This document shows positions 45,158-54,472 of a stretch of 64,000 nucleotides of DNA, piece after piece. The notes under the pieces were generated by a model. It did not search any database, was not told where the DNA came from, and was given only the letters and a program-made list of their open reading frames with translations. The stretch is from contig JASLXV010000058.1 in NCBI GenBank assembly GCA_030740155.1, forward strand, positions 1-64,000, read 5' to 3'. The DNA is from Dehalococcoidia bacterium. GTDB lineage: Bacteria > Chloroflexota > Dehalococcoidia > Lucifugimonadales > UBA3495. Both the position numbers and the translations under genes were made by a program. Position 1 is the first letter of the stretch, and each line of letters begins with the position of its first letter.

Positions 45158-45571
45158 TTACCTGGCCACGCCGAAAGCGGTCCCGACGACCACCGGCTCG
45201 CCGCGCTGGTTTTCACACCAGACTCGGAGATCCACGCGCTTTCCGGCCTCCGTCGACTCCTGCTTCTCCACGGTCCCCTTCGGAGTTATGATGTCGCCTG
45301 GCTCGACGGCTCGGGTGAAGGCCACCTTTATCCCGCCGTTTCCCAGCCAGTCCGCTCCGAAGTAGTCGATCATCAACTCCGTCAGGTAGGTCTGAAACAT
45401 CGTTCCGGAGGCGATGGGTCCGGACAGGCCGCAGGCCTTGGCATACTCCACGTCCGTGTGGATGTTCTTGACCGGCCACCCGGAGAACCCGCGCATCCGC
45501 TCCAGCGTCACCGTCTTGGGTTTGCCGGAGAAAGTGTGACCCTCGGTAGTATTCCGTGCCGTGGTACTCAT
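45158..45571 (-). CDS. MaoC-family hotdog dehydratase
   Basis: NIHTDVEYAKACGLSGPIASG, FTRAVEPGD. Confidence 0.85.
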   Translation of the reverse strand: MSTTARNTTEGHTFSGKPKTVTLERMRGFSGWPVKNIHTDVEYAKACGLSGPIASGTMFQTYLTELMIDYFGADWLGNGGIKVAFTRAVEPGDIITPKGTVEKQESTEAGKRVDLRVWCENQRGEPVVVGTAFGVAR

Positions 45572-45575
45572 GAGT

Positions 45576-46004
45576 CTACTTCCTCCTGCTACTGGTTGTG
45601 GTCATTTTCTTGCGCATGATTGTGACCCCATCCTCGTCGACGACAACGCAATCGATCACCCTGAATACCCGGCCTCGTCTCTCATAACAGTCGGCAACTT
45701 TCCAGTTCGCCTGGAAGGTCTTGCCCACCCTGCCCGGAGCGAGAAACTCCACCTCATCCTTGGCATGGATGCCGGCCACGCCTTCCGGGAGGAAGTAGGA
45801 TGGGCTCCTGGTCGAGTTGGTCTGATTGAGAAAAAGACCGGGATGGACCACCGGTCCGCCGCCGTATCCTCCTTCGGTGTATCGGGGGTCGTGGTCTTCA
45901 ACCGCGTCAATGAAGCGCTGATTGAACTCCGGGGTAACTTTGAACACGAAGGGCTCCAGTTCCTCGCCCACTTCATAATCGTCCAACGATTTGCGTGTTG
46001 TCAT
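45576..46004 (-). CDS. MaoC-like (N-type) hotdog protein, copy 1
   Basis: VGEELEP, FIDAVEDHDP, GIHAKDEVEFLAP, ERRGR. Confidence 0.8.
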   Translation of the reverse strand: MTTRKSLDDYEVGEELEPFVFKVTPEFNQRFIDAVEDHDPRYTEGGYGGGPVVHPGLFLNQTNSTRSPSYFLPEGVAGIHAKDEVEFLAPGRVGKTFQANWKVADCYERRGRVFRVIDCVVVDEDGVTIMRKKMTTTSSRRK

Positions 46005-46142
46005 CGCTCTCGCCTCGGGGCCGTCATGGCCCTGTCTTGCCGGTCCGGGATGCTGTTTCGCGGCGACCCTACCTCAAAGGCGACCGGCCAAGCTAAACCG
46101 AGCCGCCACGACTCATGAAAGGCCCTATCCGGATTGATTGGA

Positions 46143-46171
46143 ATTGTAGTGACAGTGCCGAACGTCGTCAA
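46143..46171 (-). promoter_or_regulatory. Sigma70-type promoter (duplicated), copy 1
   Basis: Minus strand TTGACG-17nt-TACAAT. Confidence 0.7.
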
Positions 46172-46246
46172 CTCCAACGTCAACGTATCGGGTTAGCCTG
46201 AGAAGTTGTGGCCCTCGGAAATATTCGGTGATGTAGTGCTCGCGGC

Positions 46247-46675
46247 CTACGTCCTCTTGGTATAGGTTGTGGTCAACTTCTTGCGCATGATCGTGACCCC
46301 ATTCTCATCGACGACAACGCAATCGATGAACCGGAATATCCGGCCTCGCTTCTCGTAATTGCCGGCCATCTTCCAGGTCACCCGGAAGGTCTGGCCCACC
46401 CGGCCCGGGGCGAGAAACTCCACCTCATCCCTGGCATGGATGCCGGCCACGCCCTCCGGAAGAAAGTACGAAGGGCTCCTGGTCGAGTTGGTCTGGTTGA
46501 GGAAAAGGCCGGGATGTACCAGCGGTCCGCCGCCGTCTCCCCCTTCGACGTACCGGGGGTCGTCGTCTTCAACCGCGTCGATGAAGCGCTGGTTGAATTC
46601 CGGGGTAACCGTGAACTCGAAGGGCTCGAACTCCTCGCCGATCTCATACTGGTCCACCGTCTTGCGTGTTGTCAT
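46247..46675 (-). CDS. MaoC-like (N-type) hotdog protein, copy 2
   Basis: 142 aa, collinear with 45576-46004 (shared VHPGLFLNQTNSTRSPSYFLPEGVAGIHA). Confidence 0.8.
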   Translation of the reverse strand: MTTRKTVDQYEIGEEFEPFEFTVTPEFNQRFIDAVEDDDPRYVEGGDGGGPLVHPGLFLNQTNSTRSPSYFLPEGVAGIHARDEVEFLAPGRVGQTFRVTWKMAGNYEKRGRIFRFIDCVVVDENGVTIMRKKLTTTYTKRT

Positions 46676-46812
46676 TGCTTTCGCCTCCGGGCGGTCATGG
46701 CCCTGTCTTGCTGCTCCAAGATGCTTGTTCGCGGCGGCCTTTCGCCGGGGTGTCCGGGCTACCTATTTCGAGTCGCCCGGATTCAAGAAAGGCACTGCCC
46801 GCGCTGATTGGA

Positions 46813-46841
46813 ATTGTAGTGACACCACCGAACGTCGTCAA
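46813..46841 (-). promoter_or_regulatory. Sigma70-type promoter (duplicated), copy 2
   Basis: Minus strand TTGACG-17nt-TACAAT. Confidence 0.7.
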
Positions 46842-47066
46842 CCAACGCGTCCTGGCTTCATGGTCATTTGGCTTTTTCAAAGGAAGATCGCAATAGGTGA
46901 GAGGGATGGAGCTACAATGATAAGGCCCCCAAGACACCGCCCCATTGACGATAATCGCCACGCCCGATAGACTAACGTGGGTTCGTGCGGCGGCGGCAGG
47001 GGGTGGTGCGCCCTCTCATGACCCGAGACATCCTTACTGAATCAATGGAGAATGGCTTGCTGCCCT

Positions 47067-47777
47067 ATGGCTAAACTGTTTGACCTACACATACACACCA
47101 CCAAGGGTAGCAGCGACAGCAGCTTGACCCCCGAAGAACTGGTGCTGGAGGCGGAAGGGCTTGGGCTCTTTGGCCTCTGCCTCACCGAGCACGCCGGCCC
47201 CTGGGAGCGCCACGAGTTCGAGCGCTTCGCCGCCCGCCACAACGTTGTCTTGGTGCGGGCCATGGAAGTTGAGACCGACATGGGCCACATGCTGGCCTTC
47301 GGTATGGACCAATACCAGGGCGGCTTCAACAAAGCCTCCGGGCTGCGCAAAGCCGCCGACCTGGAGGGCGGGTTCGTGGTGTCGGCCCACCCCTTCCGCG
47401 GGGTATTCAGCCAGGGGAAGGCAGGCTCCCTCCTGTACAAAGCGTTGCCCGACCCGCTGCCCACAGTACCGGAGGACGCCATCGGGCACCCGGTATTCAA
47501 GCTGGCCCACGCTGTTGAGGTCGCCAACGGGGGCACGATTGACGAGGAAAACGACTTTGCAATGCGGGTGGCCGGCCTTCTGGGTCTGCCGGTGACCGGC
47601 GGCAGCGACGCCCATTCAGCCCACGGCCTGGGCCGCTTCGTAACCGACTTCGACGACGAGATCAACAACGAGCAGGAGTTTCTGGCCGCTCTCCACTCGG
47701 GGAGATACCACGCCGCCGTGGGGCTCCGCTTCGGGCGCCTCCGCCCGTACACGTTGCAGGCGGCAGCCGGCCGATAG
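47067..47777 (+). CDS. PHP domain phosphoesterase
   Basis: DLHIHT, CLTEH, AHPFR, GGSDAH. Confidence 0.88.
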   Translation: MAKLFDLHIHTTKGSSDSSLTPEELVLEAEGLGLFGLCLTEHAGPWERHEFERFAARHNVVLVRAMEVETDMGHMLAFGMDQYQGGFNKASGLRKAADLEGGFVVSAHPFRGVFSQGKAGSLLYKALPDPLPTVPEDAIGHPVFKLAHAVEVANGGTIDEENDFAMRVAGLLGLPVTGGSDAHSAHGLGRFVTDFDDEINNEQEFLAALHSGRYHAAVGLRFGRLRPYTLQAAAGR

Positions 47778-47817
47778 CCGACAGCTCTTATCCCACCGCA
47801 TCATTGGTTTACCAGCA

Positions 47818-50658
47818 ATGTTTTTGCACCTACCGACGCCCTCTCCCTTCGAGTCGATCCATGTTGCTCTCGACCTGGAAACCACCGGGTTGGAGTCGAG
47901 CCGTGACGCCATCATCGAGGTGGGGGCGGTAAAGTTCCAGGGAGACACGATTCTCGACACCTTCGACACTTTCGTGAATCCGGGGCGCGCCATCCCCGAG
48001 TTCATCCAACGCCTGACCCACATCACCCCGGCCCACGTCAAACGCGCCCCCTACTTCAACTCCGTCCTCGGCCCGCTGGAAGACTTCATCGAGGAACATC
48101 CGGTCATCGGCCACAATGTGGCCTTCGACGTTGGGTTCCTGGCCGTTAACGGGCTGCCGCTGAACAATCCCACCTACGATACCTGGGACCTGGCTTCGGT
48201 GCTGCTGCCCCGAGTCGGGCAGTATGCCCTGGGCCGGCTGTCCGATCTCTTCGGGGTCGGCCACAACAACCCCCACCGGGCGCTGTCTGACGCCAAGGCT
48301 ACTCAGGGGATCTTTCTGGAGTTCCTGCGCCGGGCGGAGGCCCTGGACAGCGGCCTTCTGGCCTATCTTGTCCACCTGGCCACCCGCAGCCGGTGGTCTA
48401 TCGCGCCTCTCTTGGCCGGGCTACAAGGCGACACTCCCCAGGGCGGCGAGCCTGCGATGTTCGGGCTGACCGGCCTGGACATGGACAACCTGGCCACCCG
48501 GCTCGGGCGTCCTGAAAAGCGGCGGTCGGACCCAAGCCTCAGCTCCCTGGACGAAGACAAGATATGCGCCCTCCTCGGCGCTCAAGGCCCCTTCTCCCGG
48601 ACCTTCTCCGGGTTCGAATACCGCCCGGAGCAAGAGGAGATGCTGAAGGGTGTGACCCGGGCCATCTACCAGAGCCGGCACCTGGTTGTGGAAGGAGGCA
48701 CCGGCGTCGGCAAGTCGATGGCCTACCTGCTGCCCGCCCTCATTTTTGCCGTCTCTCAGGGCCAGCGGGTGGTGGTCTCCACTAACACCATCAACCTCCA
48801 GGAGCAGCTCCTGCGCAAGGACATCCCCGCGTTGTTCAGGGTGCTGGCGGAGGCGGGATTGGTGGAAGAGGGTGTCGCGAAGGCGGCCCTCCTCAAGGGA
48901 CGCAACAACTACCTGTGCCTGCACCGCTGGAACTTCCTGGCCAGGGCCGAAACCCCTACGATTGAGGATGCCCGGCTGCTGAGCAAGACCGCCGTCTGGC
49001 TTCAGGACACGGTGGCCGGAGACCGTGGCGAGATCAACCTCGCCGGGCGGGACGGTTTCACCTGGAACCGGATTTCCGCGGGCGAAAAGTCGTGGTGCCC
49101 CGGTCTGCGCGATGGCGGGCCGTGCTTCTTGCGCAGCGCCAGAGAACGGGCCGAACAGGCCCACATCGTGGTGGTGAACCACGCCCTGTTGCTGTCGGAC
49201 CTGGTCCGGGGCGGCAGCTTGATCCCCGATTACCAACACCTGGTCATCGATGAGGCCCACAACCTGGAAAATGAAGCCACCAGGCAGCTGGGCTTTCAAG
49301 TGTCCTCGGAGCGTCTGGAGGAGGCGTCGGAGCCCCAGAGCCGCCTCGTTACAGGGGTCCGGATGGCGCTGGCGGCCGAAATCATGGCATCGCCGGTGCG
49401 CGAGCAGGGAGAGCAGGCGGTGGCCGGAGTCGAAACCCAGGCCGCCGCGGTCCGGGACAACTGGGCCCGTTTATGGGCGGCGTCGGACCGGTTCCTGGCC
49501 GCCTGCCGCCAGGCCACCTCGGAGGAGCAGAACCAGGTGATGCTCACCGAGCAGATCCGGGGCCAGCAGGTCTGGTCCGACCTGGCCCTGGCGTGGGAGA
49601 ATCTGGATGTGCGGATGCAGGAGGCGGTCAAAGCACTCTCGTTGTTGCAGCGGTTCTTGGAAACCACCACTCTGTCCGCGGCCGGCGATCAACCCGCCCT
49701 GGCCATGGAAGCGGCCAATGTCCAGGACAACCTGGAGCTGCTGCGGGGCCAGCTGGGATCGATCCTGGATGCCCCGGACGACGAAAACATTCATTGGATG
49801 AACCGCGATTCATTCAAGGGCGAAATCACCTTTCACTCGGCCCCCCTGGACGTCGGCGCCACCCTGGCCGAGCAGCTTTACGCCCGGAAAGAGTGCGTGG
49901 TGATGACCAGCGCCACCCTCAGTACCGAGGGCAACTTCGAATACTTCAAGAGGCGGACCGGGGTGGCCGATGACTGTGACGAACAGCTCGTCGGGTCGCC
50001 CTTCGACTACCAGAAGGCCGCGCTGCTGCTCATTCCGGAAGACATGCCGCCCCCCAACGCGGCCGCCTACCTGGACTCCCTCGCCCTGGTCATTTCCGGC
50101 CTGGGCAAGTCCCTGGGCGGCAGGACCATGGCCCTGTTCACCTCTTACGCGGCCCTCCGGGCGGTGGCCAGCCGGGTGCGAGCCACCCTGATGGCCGAGG
50201 GTATACAGGTGCTGGCCCAGAGTGTGGACGGCCCCCCGCAACAGCTCATCAACCGCTTCACCGATGACCCGCGCAGTGTTCTCCTGGGGACCAGCAGCTT
50301 CTGGGAAGGGGTGGACCTGCCCGGCGGCGTGCTTAAGGCGCTGGTCTTGACCAGATTGCCCTTCCATGTGCCCACCGATCCGGTGGTGAGGGCCCGGTCG
50401 GACCAGTACGAAGACGCCTTCAAGCAGTATTCCATCCCCCAGGCGGTGCTACGCTTCCGGCAGGGGATCGGGCGGCTGATCCGCAGCAAGGGAGATAAGG
50501 GGGCCATCGTGGTGCTGGACCGGCGAATTACCGGGCGCTCCTACGGCCATTCTTTCTTGCGTTCCATTCCGCCCTGTACTTTGCAGCCCAGTAGCCTGGC
50601 AACCGTGGGCAACCTGGCGGCCCGGTGGGTGGATGAGAGCCGTGGAGCTAAACACTGA
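47818..50658 (+). CDS. dinG: DnaQ-exonuclease/DinG helicase fusion
   Basis: DLETTG, HNVAFD, HRALSDA; GTGVGKS, DEAH, SAT, FWEGVD, QGIGRLIR. Confidence 0.92.
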   Translation: MFLHLPTPSPFESIHVALDLETTGLESSRDAIIEVGAVKFQGDTILDTFDTFVNPGRAIPEFIQRLTHITPAHVKRAPYFNSVLGPLEDFIEEHPVIGHNVAFDVGFLAVNGLPLNNPTYDTWDLASVLLPRVGQYALGRLSDLFGVGHNNPHRALSDAKATQGIFLEFLRRAEALDSGLLAYLVHLATRSRWSIAPLLAGLQGDTPQGGEPAMFGLTGLDMDNLATRLGRPEKRRSDPSLSSLDEDKICALLGAQGPFSRTFSGFEYRPEQEEMLKGVTRAIYQSRHLVVEGGTGVGKSMAYLLPALIFAVSQGQRVVVSTNTINLQEQLLRKDIPALFRVLAEAGLVEEGVAKAALLKGRNNYLCLHRWNFLARAETPTIEDARLLSKTAVWLQDTVAGDRGEINLAGRDGFTWNRISAGEKSWCPGLRDGGPCFLRSARERAEQAHIVVVNHALLLSDLVRGGSLIPDYQHLVIDEAHNLENEATRQLGFQVSSERLEEASEPQSRLVTGVRMALAAEIMASPVREQGEQAVAGVETQAAAVRDNWARLWAASDRFLAACRQATSEEQNQVMLTEQIRGQQVWSDLALAWENLDVRMQEAVKALSLLQRFLETTTLSAAGDQPALAMEAANVQDNLELLRGQLGSILDAPDDENIHWMNRDSFKGEITFHSAPLDVGATLAEQLYARKECVVMTSATLSTEGNFEYFKRRTGVADDCDEQLVGSPFDYQKAALLLIPEDMPPPNAAAYLDSLALVISGLGKSLGGRTMALFTSYAALRAVASRVRATLMAEGIQVLAQSVDGPPQQLINRFTDDPRSVLLGTSSFWEGVDLPGGVLKALVLTRLPFHVPTDPVVRARSDQYEDAFKQYSIPQAVLRFRQGIGRLIRSKGDKGAIVVLDRRITGRSYGHSFLRSIPPCTLQPSSLATVGNLAARWVDESRGAKH

Positions 50659-51520
50659 AGGGCCCTTCGACCTAGCCGCCAGCCTGGAAAGCGGCCAAGC
50701 CCACCGCTGGGAGCGGGAAGGGCAATGGTACTACGGCGTCGTCCGGGGCAGCGTCATCAAGCTCTGCCAAACCGCCGGCCGCATCGAGTTTCGCGGCGGC
50801 CCCTACTCCGATGCCTCCCTCCTTCCCCTGCTCAACAGCTACTTCCGTCTGGACGACGACATCAGCGCCATCTACGCGGAGATCGGCCGGGACCAGAAGG
50901 TGGCGGACATGATCGCCCGGTTTCCCGGCCTGCGCCTGCTGCGGATAGAGCCCTGGGAATGCGTCGTCTCGTTCATCCTTTCCGCCAACTCCAACCTCCG
51001 CCGCATCCACCAGTCGATGGAGAACCTGGCGGAAGGCTACGGGACTGCCATCCGGTTCGAAGGCCGGGTGTGGCACGCCTTCCCCACGCCCGCGGAACTG
51101 GCCGAGGCGGGAGAGGAGGGATTGCGCCGGTTGGGACTGGGTTTCCGCGCTCCCTACGTGGCCAAGGCAACACGGATGGCGCTTGAGGGCAGGCTAGACC
51201 TGGCCGCCCTAGCCCGGCTGCCCTACGCGGAGGCCAGGGCCGGCCTGATGGAATGTCCCGGCATCGGGCCCAAGGTCGCCGATTGCATCTGCCTCTTTTC
51301 GTTGGACAAGACGGAGGCCTTTCCCGTGGACGTGTGGGTACGCCGAGCCCTGGCCGAGTGGTACTTCCCGGGCCGGAAAGTGCTGCCCGACCGGGAGCTG
51401 CGCCAGTGGGCGCAGAACCACTTCGGCCGCTTCGGCGGCTACTCTCAGCAGTACCTGTTCTACGGGCGGAGGCTGGAGCGGCAATCTGCTGAAGCCGCTC
51501 CCGGTACCGTTCCCAAGTAG
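50633..51520 (+). CDS. 8-oxoguanine DNA glycosylase (OGG1-like)
   Basis: SGQAHRW, GLGFRAPY, GIGPKVADC, FPVDVW, GYSQQYLF. Confidence 0.9.
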   Translation: MRAVELNTEGPFDLAASLESGQAHRWEREGQWYYGVVRGSVIKLCQTAGRIEFRGGPYSDASLLPLLNSYFRLDDDISAIYAEIGRDQKVADMIARFPGLRLLRIEPWECVVSFILSANSNLRRIHQSMENLAEGYGTAIRFEGRVWHAFPTPAELAEAGEEGLRRLGLGFRAPYVAKATRMALEGRLDLAALARLPYAEARAGLMECPGIGPKVADCICLFSLDKTEAFPVDVWVRRALAEWYFPGRKVLPDRELRQWAQNHFGRFGGYSQQYLFYGRRLERQSAEAAPGTVPK

Positions 51521-51810
51521 GCTAGACGCCTGGCCCGAGACCCCCAACCTGGCCTTCTCCCGTCGCAAGAGAGAAGGAACCGCCTCTACCTCCTCGCGAA
51601 GCTATGCATTACCCACGAACTCCGGCAAACTTACGGGTAGCGTATGCCTTATCAAGGGGGAGGTTGAGAGAGGGTCACCCCGCATTCACCAGCTTCAAAT
51701 TCAAGAGGTATTGGCTCTGTTATACTGGTCGCGCACTCCCGTGAGCCATCCCGGCGGGTGCGCGCTTCGGTACACCCGCCGATCAATCTAGCACTGAAGG
51801 AGAGGAGAAA

Positions 51811-52662
51811 ATGGGACCGAACCTGGTAGATTACCTCCTGTACGAACCCGAGGACTCCGGCATTCTCTGGATCAAGTTCAATCGCCCGGAGCGCATGAAC
51901 GCCCTGGCCGGGTCCTCCCACGAAACCGGCACGGTGGCGAAGGTTGGGGAATACATGCGGGCCGGCGACGACGACCCGAACATCCGGGTCATCGTCCTCA
52001 CCGGCGTGGGCCGTGGGTTCTGCTCGGGCGCCGACATGAGGCGAGATACCGGGGACCTACTCCAGGGAGCGGATAACTTTGTGGGGGACCGGGGATCGGT
52101 GGAAGGCCCCGATTTCTCCAGAGAGCACTTCTTCCATGGTTTCACCAAGCTCCACCGAGACATCTCGCAAATCCGGAAGCCAACCATCGCCATGGTGAAC
52201 GGGCCCGCCGTCGGGTCCGGCATGGACATGGCCTTGCACTGCGACATCCGGGTGGGTTGCGAGAACACCCGGTTTATCGGCTATCAGCAGTTGGGGCAGA
52301 TCATGGAGAACGGGGGCAGCTACTACATGCCGAAGATGGTCGGCCTGGGCCGGGCGTTGGAGTTTGTCTACACGGGGCAACTGGATGCCCAGAGAGCCTA
52401 CGAGTGGGGCTTGTTGAACCATCTGGTCGCCGCCGACAAGCTGGAGGAGACCACCAGAGAGTTGTGCGCCAGGATCATGAGGGTCCCTCCGCTGGTCCAA
52501 TGGGTAAGCAAGCGGATCATGCGCACCGCCCTTGACGGCTCGTTGGAGTCCACGATGGTGTTGACCTCGAACGCCGGCGGCATCCTCAGCGGGTCGGAAG
52601 ACGCTCAGGAGGCGAGGGCGGCGTTCTTGGAGAAGCGGGCTCCCACGTTTAAAGCTCGCTAG
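51811..52662 (+). CDS. Crotonase/enoyl-CoA hydratase family protein
   Basis: FNRPERMNAL, GFCSGADM, KPTIAMVNGPAVG, AFLEKRAPTF. Confidence 0.9.
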   Translation: MGPNLVDYLLYEPEDSGILWIKFNRPERMNALAGSSHETGTVAKVGEYMRAGDDDPNIRVIVLTGVGRGFCSGADMRRDTGDLLQGADNFVGDRGSVEGPDFSREHFFHGFTKLHRDISQIRKPTIAMVNGPAVGSGMDMALHCDIRVGCENTRFIGYQQLGQIMENGGSYYMPKMVGLGRALEFVYTGQLDAQRAYEWGLLNHLVAADKLEETTRELCARIMRVPPLVQWVSKRIMRTALDGSLESTMVLTSNAGGILSGSEDAQEARAAFLEKRAPTFKAR

Positions 52663-52681
52663 CCGATCTAGGGTCAACCAC

Positions 52682-52710
52682 TCGAGGGAAGGCAAACGCC
52701 CTCCCTCGGG
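52682..52710 (+). terminator. Stem-loop after the crotonase gene
   Basis: CGAGGGAAGGC-AAAC-GCCCTCCCTCG hairpin, no U-tract. Confidence 0.4.
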
Positions 52711-52827
52711 CAGAGCTTGGGGGAGATAAACCCAGTCCTGGACAACTCGACATATCGCTGCCTTTTCTTGCGAGTGATAATATTCAGGCGGCGTTGATTT
52801 TCAATCGTCTTTGGTGGGTGACCAGCT

Positions 52828-54432
52828 ATGGTGACCGCATTCGAGCTTGTTCCGAAAGGGTACTTCCCAAGAGAGCTTCCCCCTCCATTCACAACCAAAC
52901 CGTTCGGCAATTTAACTAAACAATGGCGAGGCCAGACGCCACCAGGATTCGCATTAGATTTCCGTAGACCAATAATCACTAGACATGCAATTCATAATCT
53001 GACCAGATTTGGATTAGTGAGACGCCAGCTTTCGATTCCAAACCCCGTGAACTTCTATCACATTGCATCTTTATTGGAAATGAATTGGAGTGGATTGCTG
53101 CCCAATTGGAACAGCTCGAAGATATCATTGAGCAAACCGAGCGTTGATCCAGCAGCGGCTCGTGCGGTCATTCCTAGCCATCCGTGGAGCAGCCACCCGC
53201 TACATCGAGCGGCCTTAAGAGCGACATCAAAATATATCCTGAAATCAGATATTGATGGGTTCTACCCGTCTGTATATACCCACAGCATCCCTTGGGCTAT
53301 TCATACCAAACCCGCTGCTAAAGCAAATAGGAAACCTAATGCTCTTTTGGGTAATCAAATCGATCGTTGCCTCCAATACGCGCAAGATCAACAAACCAAG
53401 GGCATCCCAATTAGCCCCGATACATCACTTGTTATTGCGGAGATCCTCCTTGGAAGAGCTGACGTGGAGCTTGCCAAACTTATCCAGGTCATCGGATTTA
53501 GATCTTACGATGACTATGAACTCGGATTTAGATCCCACGCTGATGCAGAAAACGGTCTTGCCGCCCTCCAAGGAGTGCTAGCGGAATACGAGTTGCAGAT
53601 CAATACCTCCAAGACTAAGATCATCGAACTCCCAGCATATCTTGATCCGCCATGGGGAACTGAACTCGGAGCACTCTCTATCGGCACGCGGTCACAATAT
53701 CGCGACCTTTTACGCTATGTCGATAGAGCATTTGAACTATTTCGCCAGCATCCCGGAGCTGATGTGTTGAAATATTCTATTAGCCGACTGAATTCGATAG
53801 TAATTGCAAGTTCTGAATGGGGGTTCTTTCAGGATTTCTTATTTCAATGTTCCATGGTTGAGCCTGCTACGTTGCATTTGGTCATCGATCATCTACATAG
53901 ATACGAAGCAGCGGGCTATCCAATTGATAAGGTCAAGCTAGAAACGGTATTGAACACCCTGATGAGTTCCCGTGGCCCTTTGGGTTGTGGTAATGAAGTC
54001 GCCTGGGCCTTATGGGGCGCCATCCTTTTCAATATACCTGTTGACCAAATGTCCGCTAAAGTTCTCGAGAAGATGATTGACCCGGTGGTAGCCTTGCTTG
54101 CATTAGACGCGAAGAATAAGAATCTGATCTCCAATCAAGTTACGTTCAGTCAATGGCTTGCCAACATGAGCCAAGCCGAGCTTGAAGGAAATCAGTGGCT
54201 ATTCGCATACGAAGTTAATGTTAAGGGCTGGTTGCCCCTGCCTGGTGGTACCGACTATGTGTTAGCCGATCCCCGGTTTGCTTTGCTAAAACAAAACGGT
54301 GTTCATTTCTACGATGATTCACTTGTGTCTGCCCACGGGCCGACCAATCCAATATCGGTGAGAATCCCACGAAACCAGCCGCAAAACATTGACGATAGTC
54401 TTGTCCCGTCTTGGGACTCCAATTATTATTGA
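52828..54432 (+). CDS. Reverse transcriptase, AbiK/UG (DRT-like) class, with helical C-terminal domain
   Basis: RRQLSIPNP, DIDGFYPSVYTHSIPWA, QTKGIPISPDTS, FRSYDD, INTSKT; visibly AT-richer than flanks. Confidence 0.88.
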   Translation: MVTAFELVPKGYFPRELPPPFTTKPFGNLTKQWRGQTPPGFALDFRRPIITRHAIHNLTRFGLVRRQLSIPNPVNFYHIASLLEMNWSGLLPNWNSSKISLSKPSVDPAAARAVIPSHPWSSHPLHRAALRATSKYILKSDIDGFYPSVYTHSIPWAIHTKPAAKANRKPNALLGNQIDRCLQYAQDQQTKGIPISPDTSLVIAEILLGRADVELAKLIQVIGFRSYDDYELGFRSHADAENGLAALQGVLAEYELQINTSKTKIIELPAYLDPPWGTELGALSIGTRSQYRDLLRYVDRAFELFRQHPGADVLKYSISRLNSIVIASSEWGFFQDFLFQCSMVEPATLHLVIDHLHRYEAAGYPIDKVKLETVLNTLMSSRGPLGCGNEVAWALWGAILFNIPVDQMSAKVLEKMIDPVVALLALDAKNKNLISNQVTFSQWLANMSQAELEGNQWLFAYEVNVKGWLPLPGGTDYVLADPRFALLKQNGVHFYDDSLVSAHGPTNPISVRIPRNQPQNIDDSLVPSWDSNYY

Positions 54433-54472
54433 GCCATACGGACCGAGATACCACTGCGTAACAAATTCGACT

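Noticed and set aside
51648..51700. SAM-I riboswitch (starts CTTATCAAG)
   Set aside because: Downstream GCAACC and GGTGC.AA elements are absent; it looks more like a degenerate REP unit.
52663..52827. Retron msr-msd or DRT ncRNA upstream of the RT
   Set aside because: Only 165 nt, partly explained by the upstream gene's hairpin; no a1/a2 inverted repeats seen, and the RT lacks retron NAxxH/VTG motifs. A short ncRNA cannot be fully excluded.
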